Made by a program: the position numbers and the translations under genes. A DNA stretch of 26,018 bases, taken from contig JAAOMT010000284.1 in NCBI GenBank assembly GCA_016748015.1, forward strand, positions 49,999 through 76,016, in the 5' to 3' direction. This document shows positions 1-9,831 of this stretch, one piece after another; the stretch's first letter is position 1; each line of letters opens with the position of its first letter. A model generated the notes under the pieces. It was not told the origin of the DNA. It did no database searches and saw only the letters and a list, made by a program, of their open reading frames with translations. Source of the DNA: Geosiphon pyriformis uo1. Lineage: Eukaryota > Fungi > Glomeromycota.

Positions 1-1
1 G

Positions 2-1862
2 ACAACTCCCCCAGTACCCAAGCAGAGCCCAGAAGAAAATGAATCAGATGAATCAGATGATAAAGAAAGTGAGGAAGAAGAAGAACAAGAAGAAACTGCT
101 GAACTTGCCTATACCATCTTCACCAGCAATAGCAAACCACTGGATAATGTCAAGGCAGATAAAAAAAGAATCATTGTCAATGGCAAGCTGATCTGCTGGC
201 CTTATTATGACATGCTTAGAAGAACCTTTGACAGAAAGCCAGGCAAGAAAGCCAAATACAGTTATTGGTGGCATGGTTCTTGTGCCCAGTGCTGGTGTGA
301 CAAACCCATTGTATTTTCCTAGCGATGAATGCATGTTCTGCCTGATCTATTACAAAGATTGGGAACCAATCAGCTTGATACCCCATAAAGAAATAAAAGA
401 AGTCCAAAAGTCCTTTGAAAATGAACCACCTGAAATCCAATCACTGGTTGTAGAACAAAGAGAACCCTCTCCAAAAAAAAGAAAGATAGACATTGAAAAT
501 CTGCTGGCTAAAAATAGCCCAGTTATCTCAAAAGAAGATGAACCTCCTAGACGTATACATGTTATACAACACATCATCATCACCAGAGAAACTTGCCCCA
601 TTTATTTGAAGCGCTATCAATCCAACTGGCACAATGATGAGTTTATCAAAAAGAAAATAACCCGAATGAAAAACCTTGAATTTATACAGGAAACCAAGAG
701 TGAATGGGCATTCCCAGTTGTAGTGGTATCCAAGAAAGAAGGAACTCTATGCTTTTGTGTTGACTATCGCCAATTAAATACCATTATTGAAAGAGACATG
801 TACCCACTTCCCAAGATTGATACAATACTAGACCAATTCTATGGTGCTGCTTTCTTCTCAACTATTGACTTAACTGCTGGATTCTGGCAAGTAGAGATGG
901 ATCCAGAAAGCAGAAAGAAAACTGCCTTCATCACCAAGTATGGCACCTACGAATTTACAGTCATGCCTTTTGGTTTCACAAATGCTCCTCCCATCTTTCA
1001 ATACTTAATGGACAAAGTATTTGAATCAGTAAAAGAAAACTTTGTTCTAGTCTACTTGGACGACATAATGGTATACTCAAAAACCTGGAATGAACACCTT
1101 GAACATCTACAAAAGATTTTTGACTTCCTTAGAAATTCTGGCCTCAAGATCAATTCAATCAAATCATTCTTTAGATGTCAATCCACCCAGTTCTTTGGCC
1201 ATCTTATTACAAAAGATGGAATCTTCCCTGATCCAGCCAAAATTGAAAAAGTTCAAAACATTAGACAACCAATAAATGTTCATGAACTATGCTCTTTTCT
1301 TGGTTTGGCCTCTTATTATCACAAGTTTGTCAAGGATTTCTCTAAAATTGCTGCTCTTTTCAATCAGCTACTTAGGAAAAATGTCAATTATTACTGGGGC
1401 ACTCATCAACAAAAAGCATTTGAAATTCTAAAGAAAAAACTGGTTACAGAACCCATCCTCATGTAACCTAATCTGGATCGACTTTTTATCCTCCACACTG
1501 ATACATCTGGCTATGGACTTGGTGCTGTTTTTTCCCAGAAAGATGAAGATAACAGAGAACATGCCGTAGCATATGCCAGTAGAACTCTCACACCAGCAAA
1601 AAAGAACTACTCAGTCATTGAGCAAGAATGCTTAGCAGTAGTTTGGGCTATCAACTACTGGGACAAATATCTTAAAGATGTAAAATTTTTGGTGGTAACA
1701 GATCATTAAGCTTTGGTTTGGCTATGCAACAAAAGAAACCTGGAACATAAATGGATAACTCGCTGAATACTCCACTTGGACAAATTTGACTATGACATTC
1801 AACACCACAAAGAAGCTAATTATCAAAATGCTGACACTCTCTCCAGACTTACCATCCAGTGA
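2..1862 (+). pseudogene. pol: Element A pol: acidic linker, Cys/His cluster, reverse transcriptase, RNase H
   Basis: RT motifs WAFPVVVV, FCVDYRQLN, IDLTAGFWQ, MPFG, YLDD. The same frame continues past the 1466 stop into RNase H (FILHTDTSGYGLGAV, EQECLAVVWA, VVTDH, NADTLSR) and ends TGA-TAG-TAA at 1860-1868. There is a +1 frameshift near 305: the true upstream frame starts at base 2 (TTPPVPKQ...WWHGSCAQCWCDK). Confidence 0.93.
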
Positions 1863-1927
1863 TAGTAAAACCCTCTCAAACCAAACCAACTTAATTATTT
1901 ATAACTCCCCCACAAACAAACACGATA

Positions 1928-3240
1928 ATGGACTTGAACAACTACTCTGCCTTAATGGAATTTTTGGGTAAAGGACAATACCCACCAGATTATACTTAAC
2001 AGCAAAGAGAAAATTTGTGCAAACAATCAAATTTTTATTTGATTCGCTAGAACCAGTTATATAAAAGAAATAGAAAAGATCTTGACTGCCCCCAAAGAGT
2101 CATCAGATTTGAAGAAAAAGAAATTGTGATCTACAATATGCACACTGATCCATTAGCTGGACACTTTGGAAAAACAAAAACAATCCAGAAAACTTTATCT
2201 CGCTATTATTGGCCTACCTTGGTAAAAGACATTGCTAAATACATCAAAACCTGTGATACCTGCCAAAGAAGAGGAAAACCCAATCACAAGGAAGATATCC
2301 ACCCAATCTCTGTTGGTCAACCATTTGACAGAATTGGTATAGATGTTGTTGGACCTTTAACAGTAACTCCTGATGGCAACAGATACATTATCACAGCTAC
2401 CAACTATCTTACAAAGTGGGTAGAAGCAAGAGCCACCCCAGATCAAACAGCAGTTTCAATTGCCAATTTCATTTATAAAGATATTATCTGTCACCATGGC
2501 TGCTCCAAAGAACTTTTATCTGATAGAGGAAGAGCTTTTTTCAGTACACTGGTTGAAGAACTTTGCAGAAAAATGGGAATATGTTATAAACTCTCTTTCT
2601 CTTATCACCCCCAAACAAATGACCTAGTAAAACGTTTTAATAGAACACTATGTGAAACCCTAGCCAAAACCAGTGAAGAAACCAACCTATGGGACAAAGT
2701 ATTGCCTTCAGCTTTGTTCACCTACAGAACTGTGAATCATGACATAACAAGTTATGAACCCTTTTATCTGCTTTATGGACGAATAGCAACTCTACCAATA
2801 GAAACGGATATAGAAACAATACTTTTTGAAGGAATAACAATAGGAAATTACAAGGACATTTTGCAAAGAAGACTTGGTACCATTCTTGACTCATTAGTAG
2901 AAGCACGGATAATTGCCTTTGAAAAGATAAAACAGTTCCAAGAGAAGCTCAAAAAGAAAAAGACTTATAAAACACTTTTCAAAGTATTGGTAACTTAGTT
3001 TTAGAATGCCATTCAGACAGAGACAATGTCTATGGTAATAAATTCTCCAGCCACTGGAAAAAACTTTTTATAATCAACAAAGTTTTGAACAATGGTTCAT
3101 ATATCCTACAAGATCAATATAGAACAATATTCAGTGATCACCCTGTTTATGGCACGCGACTCAAGAAATATCACAAACGACCTGATTGGTTATCTGTTGT
3201 GGTAATACCAACCCAAATGATCAGCAAAAATCAGATATAA
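1928..3240 (+). pseudogene. Element A integrase (own ATG, separate frame)
   Basis: MDLNNYSALMEFL... is in frame with ORF 2126-2998. It has HHCC (H..GHFG..CDTC) and the rve core IDVVGP / SDRG / LVKRFN (catalytic E decayed to K). The C-terminal NGSYIL..GTRLKKY..SVVVI* follows a frameshift. Internal stops are present. Confidence 0.92.
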
Positions 3241-3281
3241 ATAAATGCACCATTCCCAAAACAAAGGTATCTTTAATTGAC

Positions 3282-3938
3282 ATGAACAATTATTTCCTGG
3301 ATCAAAACATTCAAAATGCTTTCTATACTCTCCATGAGTACTGGATCAAGAACTATCCAAATGCTAGTCTGACTATTGGAAAACAAACCACCATAACAGA
3401 CAACAGTGGAACTTACACTGTTATCAGACCAAAGAAAACAACTACCAGAAGAGAAAGAATTGGTGGCAAAATGAATAAATACCTGCTGGAAAGCATAACA
3501 GCAGTGATACTTTCACCTTCCAGCACAATTGGAAAAATGATACAAGAAATCTTGCCCATAGACAAAAACTTGTCATATGGAAGACAACTAGAACTCTATG
3601 GTCATCTTGGTGAAATCATAGAAGACATGAAGCTCATGAAGAAAACAACTTTAGAGATACAAGGGGAAATTTTGGGCATTATACGATTGGATGTCCCAAG
3701 AGTTTTGACCATTGCTAGAAGAGCCAGAACTCTTATATAAAGATTTGGTCTCTTGGATACAAAACTTATTTCACCTCAAGTATTATATACCCTATTCACA
3801 AAAAACTTCAACAAACTAGTTAGTTTTGAGTTAGACAAAACCCTTCATATAGACTATCCCATAAATAGCTTGATTTTGCTGGAGCTCAATCTTTTTGGAG
3901 AGGATGATGTTATAGTTGAAACCCATAGTTTTTATTAG
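3282..3938 (+). pseudogene. Element A ORF3, ~218 aa, unknown function, env position
   Basis: ORFs 3186-3740 and 3753-3938 share a frame. The TAA at 3738-3740 is CAA in the homologous element B copy. The frame reads through the PPT and stops ~30 nt into the LTR. Confidence 0.8.
3897..3907 (+). promoter_or_regulatory. Polypurine tract of element A
   Basis: GGAGAGGATGA abuts the LTR start TG at 3908. Confidence 0.8.
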
Positions 3939-4633
3939 TTATCACATGTATTAGCCACTGATGTCATATAATTAGCCACCCTATTTTTAGATAGTGATTA
4001 TTGACCTGATCAATGACTTGACCATTGACCTGATTATTAATCTGATCATTGACCTGATTATTGATCTGATCGTTGACCTGATTATTGACCTGATCATTGA
4101 CCTGGTCGTTGATCACTTTAGATAGCTATATAAGCGATAATTCTCTTAGCTGTAGAAAGACATGATCAAAGTAACGAAATAAACAATATCAATTACTTCC
4201 TTTCATAATTGCTTATTCCCCTTTCCTTACCTTCAAGTATTTACTTGTTGGCATTTACATATCTTATCTTTTCCCCTTCTTGATTTGTATTTGTTAGAAT
4301 TAGCCTGAGAAGCAATTGGCTTGCTCTTGTAATTTATTAAATAAAAAAATGATTGAAAAGTACAACGATACCTGTTATTGATTCTAAGAATTGCCAAGTT
4401 GAGGCATAGAATAATAGCAGTGGTGTTATCTTGTTGACAATCACAGACTATTCTTCTACCTTCAGATTTAAGAAAAGATTAGCAACTGTAATTTTTATGA
4501 GACTGATCACGCACATTGAATTCCTACTTATTCAATTCACTCCCTTATTGTAATTCCCTCTTTGTTTATTTTCATCACCATACAATACTGTTCTCTCTTG
4601 CTATCTGTTAGCTTGTTACTCCAACCCGTAACA
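3908..4633 (+). repeat. 3' LTR of element A (726 bp)
   Basis: TGTTA...TAACA termini, homologous to 7003-7705 (inverted), TATA-like GCTATATAAG at ~4125. Confidence 0.92.
3995..4114 (+). repeat. 12-bp tandem array (10 copies, consensus ~TGATYRTTGACC) in U3 of LTR A
   Basis: Ten contiguous 12-mers read directly, just upstream of the TATA-like box. Confidence 0.92.
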
Positions 4634-6627
4634 ATATTATAAGCTGATCATCTTTGTGCTTGCAAGTTGGCTAGTCTGATTTTTGTAGCCATTCCAGCAA
4701 TATCATTACTGTTTAATCTAATTAACAAATCTGTAATCTTGCTTTTTACTTGTATATCATCAATTTTGAACAAGTTGTACAAAGATGAATGATGCATGGC
4801 ACTGGCTGGAAAATCTACTGAGAGGTTTGCTTTTTTTTTTACAGTGGCTGAGATCTTTGAGTTCTATCTTTTGGCCTAACTGTTTAGTATATGGGTCAAT
4901 TAAGATCTAAATTCTATCGCTAAACTAAGTACACTGTTAAAAATGTAAATTGCCTGTTTTTCAGTTATGTGTTTTTTCTTAATAACCCCATACACTGCTT
5001 CAATGTCAGATTTCATTATATTCAGCACAGTTTTATTTCTTCTATCTGTTTGAATTCATACTCTCAAATATTAGGTATATGTAAATGGATCCAGCAATTT
5101 TAAAGTTTGTTTGTTTGGTTCAAATTTTAGTGGCTCAACCAACACTGATTTCTTTTTGGAGGGTCTGATCACCATTGTTTCAGTCTTATCTAAGTTGATT
5201 TCAATATCCACCATTCTAAAAAAAAAGCTGGCTGTGTTCAGAATACTCTGCATTTTTTGTCTTAAGTTAGCTATCCACACTGTGTTATCGACAAAAGCAA
5301 GGTGGTTTACTAATGCCAGTAGAGATTGTGTGTCTGCTTGATTGTCCCACTTTTTTTATTCAGCTGTTAATTTGTATCCCTGACTGTAATTGGCTTGTTT
5401 TACTTTACACAGTAAGAGGTCATAAAAGATCTTCTACATAATAAGTGAGCTTGTTTCCTCTTGATCTAATCCATTCTGTACTTGATATTCATTACTTAAC
5501 CCAAATTCAGTTATGATCTTATTGCTTCTATTGTTGTGCATCAAGCCAAACAGCTCAGTAAACCTATTGTTCATTTTGATCCTTTTTAGTACAACTCCCA
5601 TGGGTTTCTATCCTACTGAGTTGTATGCTTTTTTCATGTCCTGAAATGTAAACCAAGTCTCATTCTCAAATTCTCTTGCATGCTTAGTAACAGCATTAAT
5701 CACATGAATTGGCACTGCTGTAGATGTATTCTTTAAAACTGAGGTGTTATAACTTTTTAGAACATTGTGGAGCTTACATGCATTTGATATTCTTGCAATT
5801 AAAATCTTTGTTAAGATTTTTCTAGTGCTTTCAATGAGTGTGATCGGTCTGGTAATGTCAATATTGCCACCCTATTCTTTTGGCTTTGGAATCAGTATGA
5901 CTTATGCTATTCTTTACTCCTCAGGTATGTTTGCTGCTTCTATGTAAGCATTAAGCAATGTTCTTAGTTTAGACTTGGTATTAGGCCCAGACTTCCTTCA
6001 AAGTTCAGCTTGTATGTCTAATGGGCCAGGGGCTTTGTTATAAAGTGTGTGGCTCAATATGTGTTTGAATTCCTCATTTGTTATTTCAGCCATCACACCA
6101 TCAAAGACATAATCTGGAATGCTCTCAATTGGCTTAAACCTGTGTTCCCAACTTTTCTAAAGTTCAGGTTCAAGAATTCTTGTTCTAGTCCACCTTTGAG
6201 CTTTTTTGTTTACTAGATTTTTGATTTCATTAAGATCATCATGAAATTTGCCTTTTTTTATAACATGATTCAGCACTATTCTTTGTTTTTTCCTGTTCAG
6301 AATGCTTTTGATCATTGCTCCTTTGCTTAGCTTAAAGTTTTGTTGTCTTTTAATGATATTGTTCACTATCTGTTTTTGCTGTTGTAGTCTAATCCTAGCA
6401 TGTAATATAGATCTGTATTCTTTTTTGATGCCTAGTAATTCTACAATAAGCTTATCTTTTGATAGAGTTATCAGATATGCATTATTTGTTTCAGGTTTCA
6501 ATTGTTTCCATTTGGCCAAGAGCTGTATAATATTATTATCATGCATATTTGCTTTTTTTTTTGTTAACATGTAGCCATGCTGGTTTTTTATTAGTTTAGC
6601 CACACTCAAAAAGCATGACTTTTTCAT
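4634..6627 (-). mobile_element. Non-LTR retrotransposon (LINE) ORF2 reverse transcriptase fragment, decayed
   Basis: Minus-strand motifs NKAPGPLDI (~6030), TRPITLIE, FQDMKKAYNSV (~5630), GLDQEETSSL..KIFYDLLL (~5450), AFVDNTVW (YADD-equivalent, ~5290), INLDKT, RYL. The coding signal runs to the LTR A junction, so A inserted into it. Confidence 0.9.
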
Positions 6628-7002
6628 AAAGCCAACTCACCCAATAATCTAAATTACAAGATGTGGCTAACCACTAAGTGGCTATGCCCAACTACATACT
6701 AGTATAACCAGAAAATCTATAGGGTATTCCACTATTACATAAAGTAACTTTACCACAAAAAACATCAACTAGTATCTTATTACATCATGAAAATCTATCA
6801 TTCATCTTAACTTTGGATATGCTGCCACTATTACAACTATTTCCTGATATTATATGCATGTTGGACCCATTTGATGGATCTTTCTTATCTCTAATATCAA
6901 TACCTTCTGATTTTTCCCACTTAGTTTGTGCTTTGCAATGTTCTTCCGACAACTTATTTTTTGCTTGAATTACAGTCCATTTACACATCTTAATCATTAT
7001 AT

Positions 7003-7705
7003 TGTTACAAGTTGGAGTAATAAGCTAATGGATAGCAAGGGAGAACAGGATTGTAAGGTGATGGAAATAATCAAAGGGAATTTAACTTCAAAAAGCAAAT
7101 TGAATAAGTATAGATTCAATGTGCGAGATCAGTCTTATAAAATATCTCAGTCACTATACTTTTCAAAGATAACTGGGGAATCTGAAGATAAAGAGATAAT
7201 CTATACTGTCAACAAATGATCACACTTGGTATAATTTTATGCCTCACATCAATGCTCTTAGAATTCAATATCAGGTATCAGATATACTCTTCAGTCACAT
7301 TTTATTCAATAATCTTCAAATGCTGCAATTACACATTTTCAGGAAAAAAATAGGTAAATCCCAACAAGTAGTTTTTTATTTTTAAGATGTTCAGATACTT
7401 AAAGATAGAGAAAAAGAAATTAATGATAAAAGAAGGATTGAGATGAAGTTGTTATTTTATTTCTTTATTTTTTTTGATTTTTACATGCTTTTCTACAACT
7501 AAGAGATTCATTGCTTATATAGCTGTCAAAAGTGGTCAATGATCAGATCAATAACTAGGTCAATGATTAGGTTAATGATCAGGTCAACAGTTAGGTCATT
7601 GATCAGGTCAATGATCACTTACTAAAAATAGAATGGCTAATTTATGTAACATCAGTGGCTAATACATGTGATAATTAATAAGAAGTATAAGTTTCAACTG
7701 TAACA
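7003..7705 (-). repeat. 3' LTR of element B (703 bp)
   Basis: TGTTACA...TGTAACA termini, colinear with LTR A, with 7 copies of the 12-mer at 7534-7617. Confidence 0.9.
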
Positions 7706-7930
7706 TCATTCTCCCCAAAGAGATTGAGCTCTGGCAAAATCAAGCTATTTATGGGGTAATCTATTTAAAGGGTTTTATCTAACTCAAAGCTAACTAGTTT
7801 GTTGAAGTCTTTTGTGGATAAGATATATAACACTTGAGGCAAAATGAGTTTTGTATCCAAGAGACCAAATCTTTGTATTAAAGTTTTGGCTTTTCTAGCA
7901 ATAATTAAAACTCTTAAGACATCTAACCAT
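7003..7930 (-). mobile_element. Gypsy element B (same family as A): 3' LTR, PPT and C-terminal part of ORF3, cut by element C
   Basis: 7706-7930 is the reverse complement of ~3685-3907 (ARKAKTLIQRFGLLDTKLILPQVLY...ELNLFGENDV). PPT GGGGAGAATGA at 7716-7706. Confidence 0.92.
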
Positions 7931-9002
7931 TGTTATGGGTAAATTTGGTGGGTATGGGAAATGGTAACATTTGGTGCTTTCAATTATTAATGATGCGTCT
8001 TCCGTGTAATTCTGTTGGCTTAGTCTTGATTATCAGTCTATGAAGATCTATTCCTGGATGTGAATTTTATCTGTTGAGTTCTTTGGTTATAAGGCACAGA
8101 GTTGTTTTTCGTCAATTGCAATGTTTTTCATAAATATGAGCTTTCTTTTTCGAGCTAACGAGCGCAGTCGTTAGGGTCTGGCATTGTCTTTTTGCCCTTC
8201 TGGTAAGCTAACAAGATAATGTTAATATCCAAAACTTAGGGAAAGCTTCCCTCTTTTACCAGGCTATCACGAAGTCTATTCCCAGACAGTCAATTTTACT
8301 ATGTTGCTGCTCCACAAAAAAAAAAAAAAAAGAAAAAAAAAAAAAAGAGAGAAAAGATAAATTAGTATCATCAATCGCCATGATCAAGAGTGATTGGTTC
8401 AAATCATTAATAGGTTTGAGGCGGTTATGCTAAGAGCATCTGTTCTAGAATAGAGGTATGAGACAAGGGTTAATTCACGTAAATTTCACGAAGTTCGAGA
8501 ACATGAATTTGCAATTCTGATTTCTTTTAATAATTGGTTTATTTCAGGAGATGAAATAGGGAAGATAATAAAGGATAAAGGAATATGGATATTTTAATTT
8601 GTGGTTTAGAGGTTCGTATCTATTTTTTTTTCTCTGTCTTTTCTCATTTCTACAACTACTTGCTTTTATATATTCTTTTGGTTTTACAGAATTGCTTTCA
8701 ATTGTCTCACTATTGCTAACTATTGCTTTGTTGTTTCTGTTATTGTTTTGTTTTTCTATGTTATCATTAGTTATCCTATATTATAACACGTTATCTGATG
8801 TTATTACATGTTATTCTGTGTTATCCTGCGTTATAACATATTATCCTACATTATTGCGCACTATTCTGTGTTATCCTGTGTTATAACACGTTATCCAACG
8901 TTATAATGCATTATCTAATGTTATTGCGCATTATTCTGTGTTATGTCACGTTTTGGTCATGTTTCTTCATAACTTTGAATCGGTTTTTCTACTCAGATAA
9001 CA
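7931..9002 (-). repeat. 3' LTR of element C (1072 bp)
   Basis: TGTTA...TAACA termini. 7931-8381 aligns with 17062-17527. TATA-like box on the minus strand at ~8665-8672. Confidence 0.92.
8761..8950. repeat. 10-bp-period array (19 units, TTATnnnnYR) in U3 of LTR C
   Basis: Every tenth base begins TTAT (one CTAT), with ~50-bp higher-order repetition. Confidence 0.92.
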
Positions 9003-9018
9003 TTATCCCTCTCTTTTT
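9003..9018 (-). promoter_or_regulatory. Polypurine tract of element C
   Basis: Minus strand AAAAAGAGAGGGATAA directly before the LTR TGTTA. Confidence 0.85.
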
Positions 9019-9022
9019 AAAA

Positions 9023-9751
9023 TTAAGCTCCTGCAAAACCGTATGTATCTGTTATCATGGCTTTGTTCATGTAATGTTCAATTGTTGTCTCAAGTATTGT
9101 TTTTTGTAGGTTTTCAAACTATTGATTGGTTATTTGTTCTATGCTGTTAACTGTTATGGTTTTCATAGATCCGTTTAGTAGTACATTTGGACAATGTTGG
9201 AAGACGGTGTATAGTCGGTATGCTGCTTTGTAATATAGGGTCAGGTTGTTTTTCTCTATGAATTTTTCTACTTGTTGTATTGCTTCTTTGTTAAACGTTT
9301 TCTAGCTGAGATCTTTGTATGATGTTTTCAAGTCAAGCTGTTTTCCAATTTTGTAGAACCAATAAGCTGGAGGAAGTCTTTCTTTCTATTTCTGGGCATT
9401 GTCAGGTGTCCACTCCCCTGTTTCAGAAAGTTCGGTCCCACGAACTAAAGCTTCTTTTATTTTTTCAAGCTTGGGGACCAAGTATCTTCTTTTGTAACCT
9501 TTTTCTCATTCTTTGCCTCCTTTTTTTCCACCCTCCACCTGAAGGCAATTTTTCCTCCCACATTGCTTTTCGGGTGGTGAATAGGGGAGGGAATGTTTAG
9601 TTCTAATTGAACTCTTATCCTCCTCTTTCCTGCTCTTATCTTTGTACCATATCTCTTTTTTATCAACTGTTATTTCTATTTGAGATGTCGATTTTTGAAT
9701 TGTTTCAAATAATTGTTTAGATAATTTTAAAATTTAATCTAAAAGGTCCAT
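9023..9751 (-). pseudogene. Element C ORF3, unknown function, env position
   Basis: Hand translation: MDLLD*ILKLSKQLFETIQK...PAYWFYKIGKQLDLK...YYKAAYRLYTVFQHCPNVLL..KTITVNSIEQITNQ*FENL...YGFAGA*. The ORF track misses it because of internal stops. Confidence 0.72.
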
Positions 9752-9831
9752 GTTGAAATATCTATCATTTCTTACTGCTTTTCGGATGCTATATATATTT
9801 GAATTTCCCAATTTAATTTACTGCCTGTTGT

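Larger units (their letters stand above)
1..4633 (+). mobile_element. Ty3/Gypsy (Metaviridae) LTR retrotransposon, element A, 3' half (decayed)
   Basis: RT-RNaseH-integrase order, extra ORF, PPT and a TGTTA...TAACA LTR. The 5' part lies outside the window. Confidence 0.95.

Noticed and set aside
207-305. N-terminus MTCLEEPL... of the 419-aa ORF
   Set aside because: Wrong frame. The real pol frame upstream of ~305 starts at base 2 and is joined by a 1-nt frameshift.
6628-7002. Spacer between the LINE fragment and LTR B, with a 70-aa minus-strand ORF
   Set aside because: No recognisable motif. It cannot be assigned to the LINE or to a gene.
8599-9109. Hydrophobic ORFs 8599-8886 and 8906-9109 as env or membrane proteins
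   Set aside because: They are antisense translations of T-rich LTR sequence and the 10-bp array.
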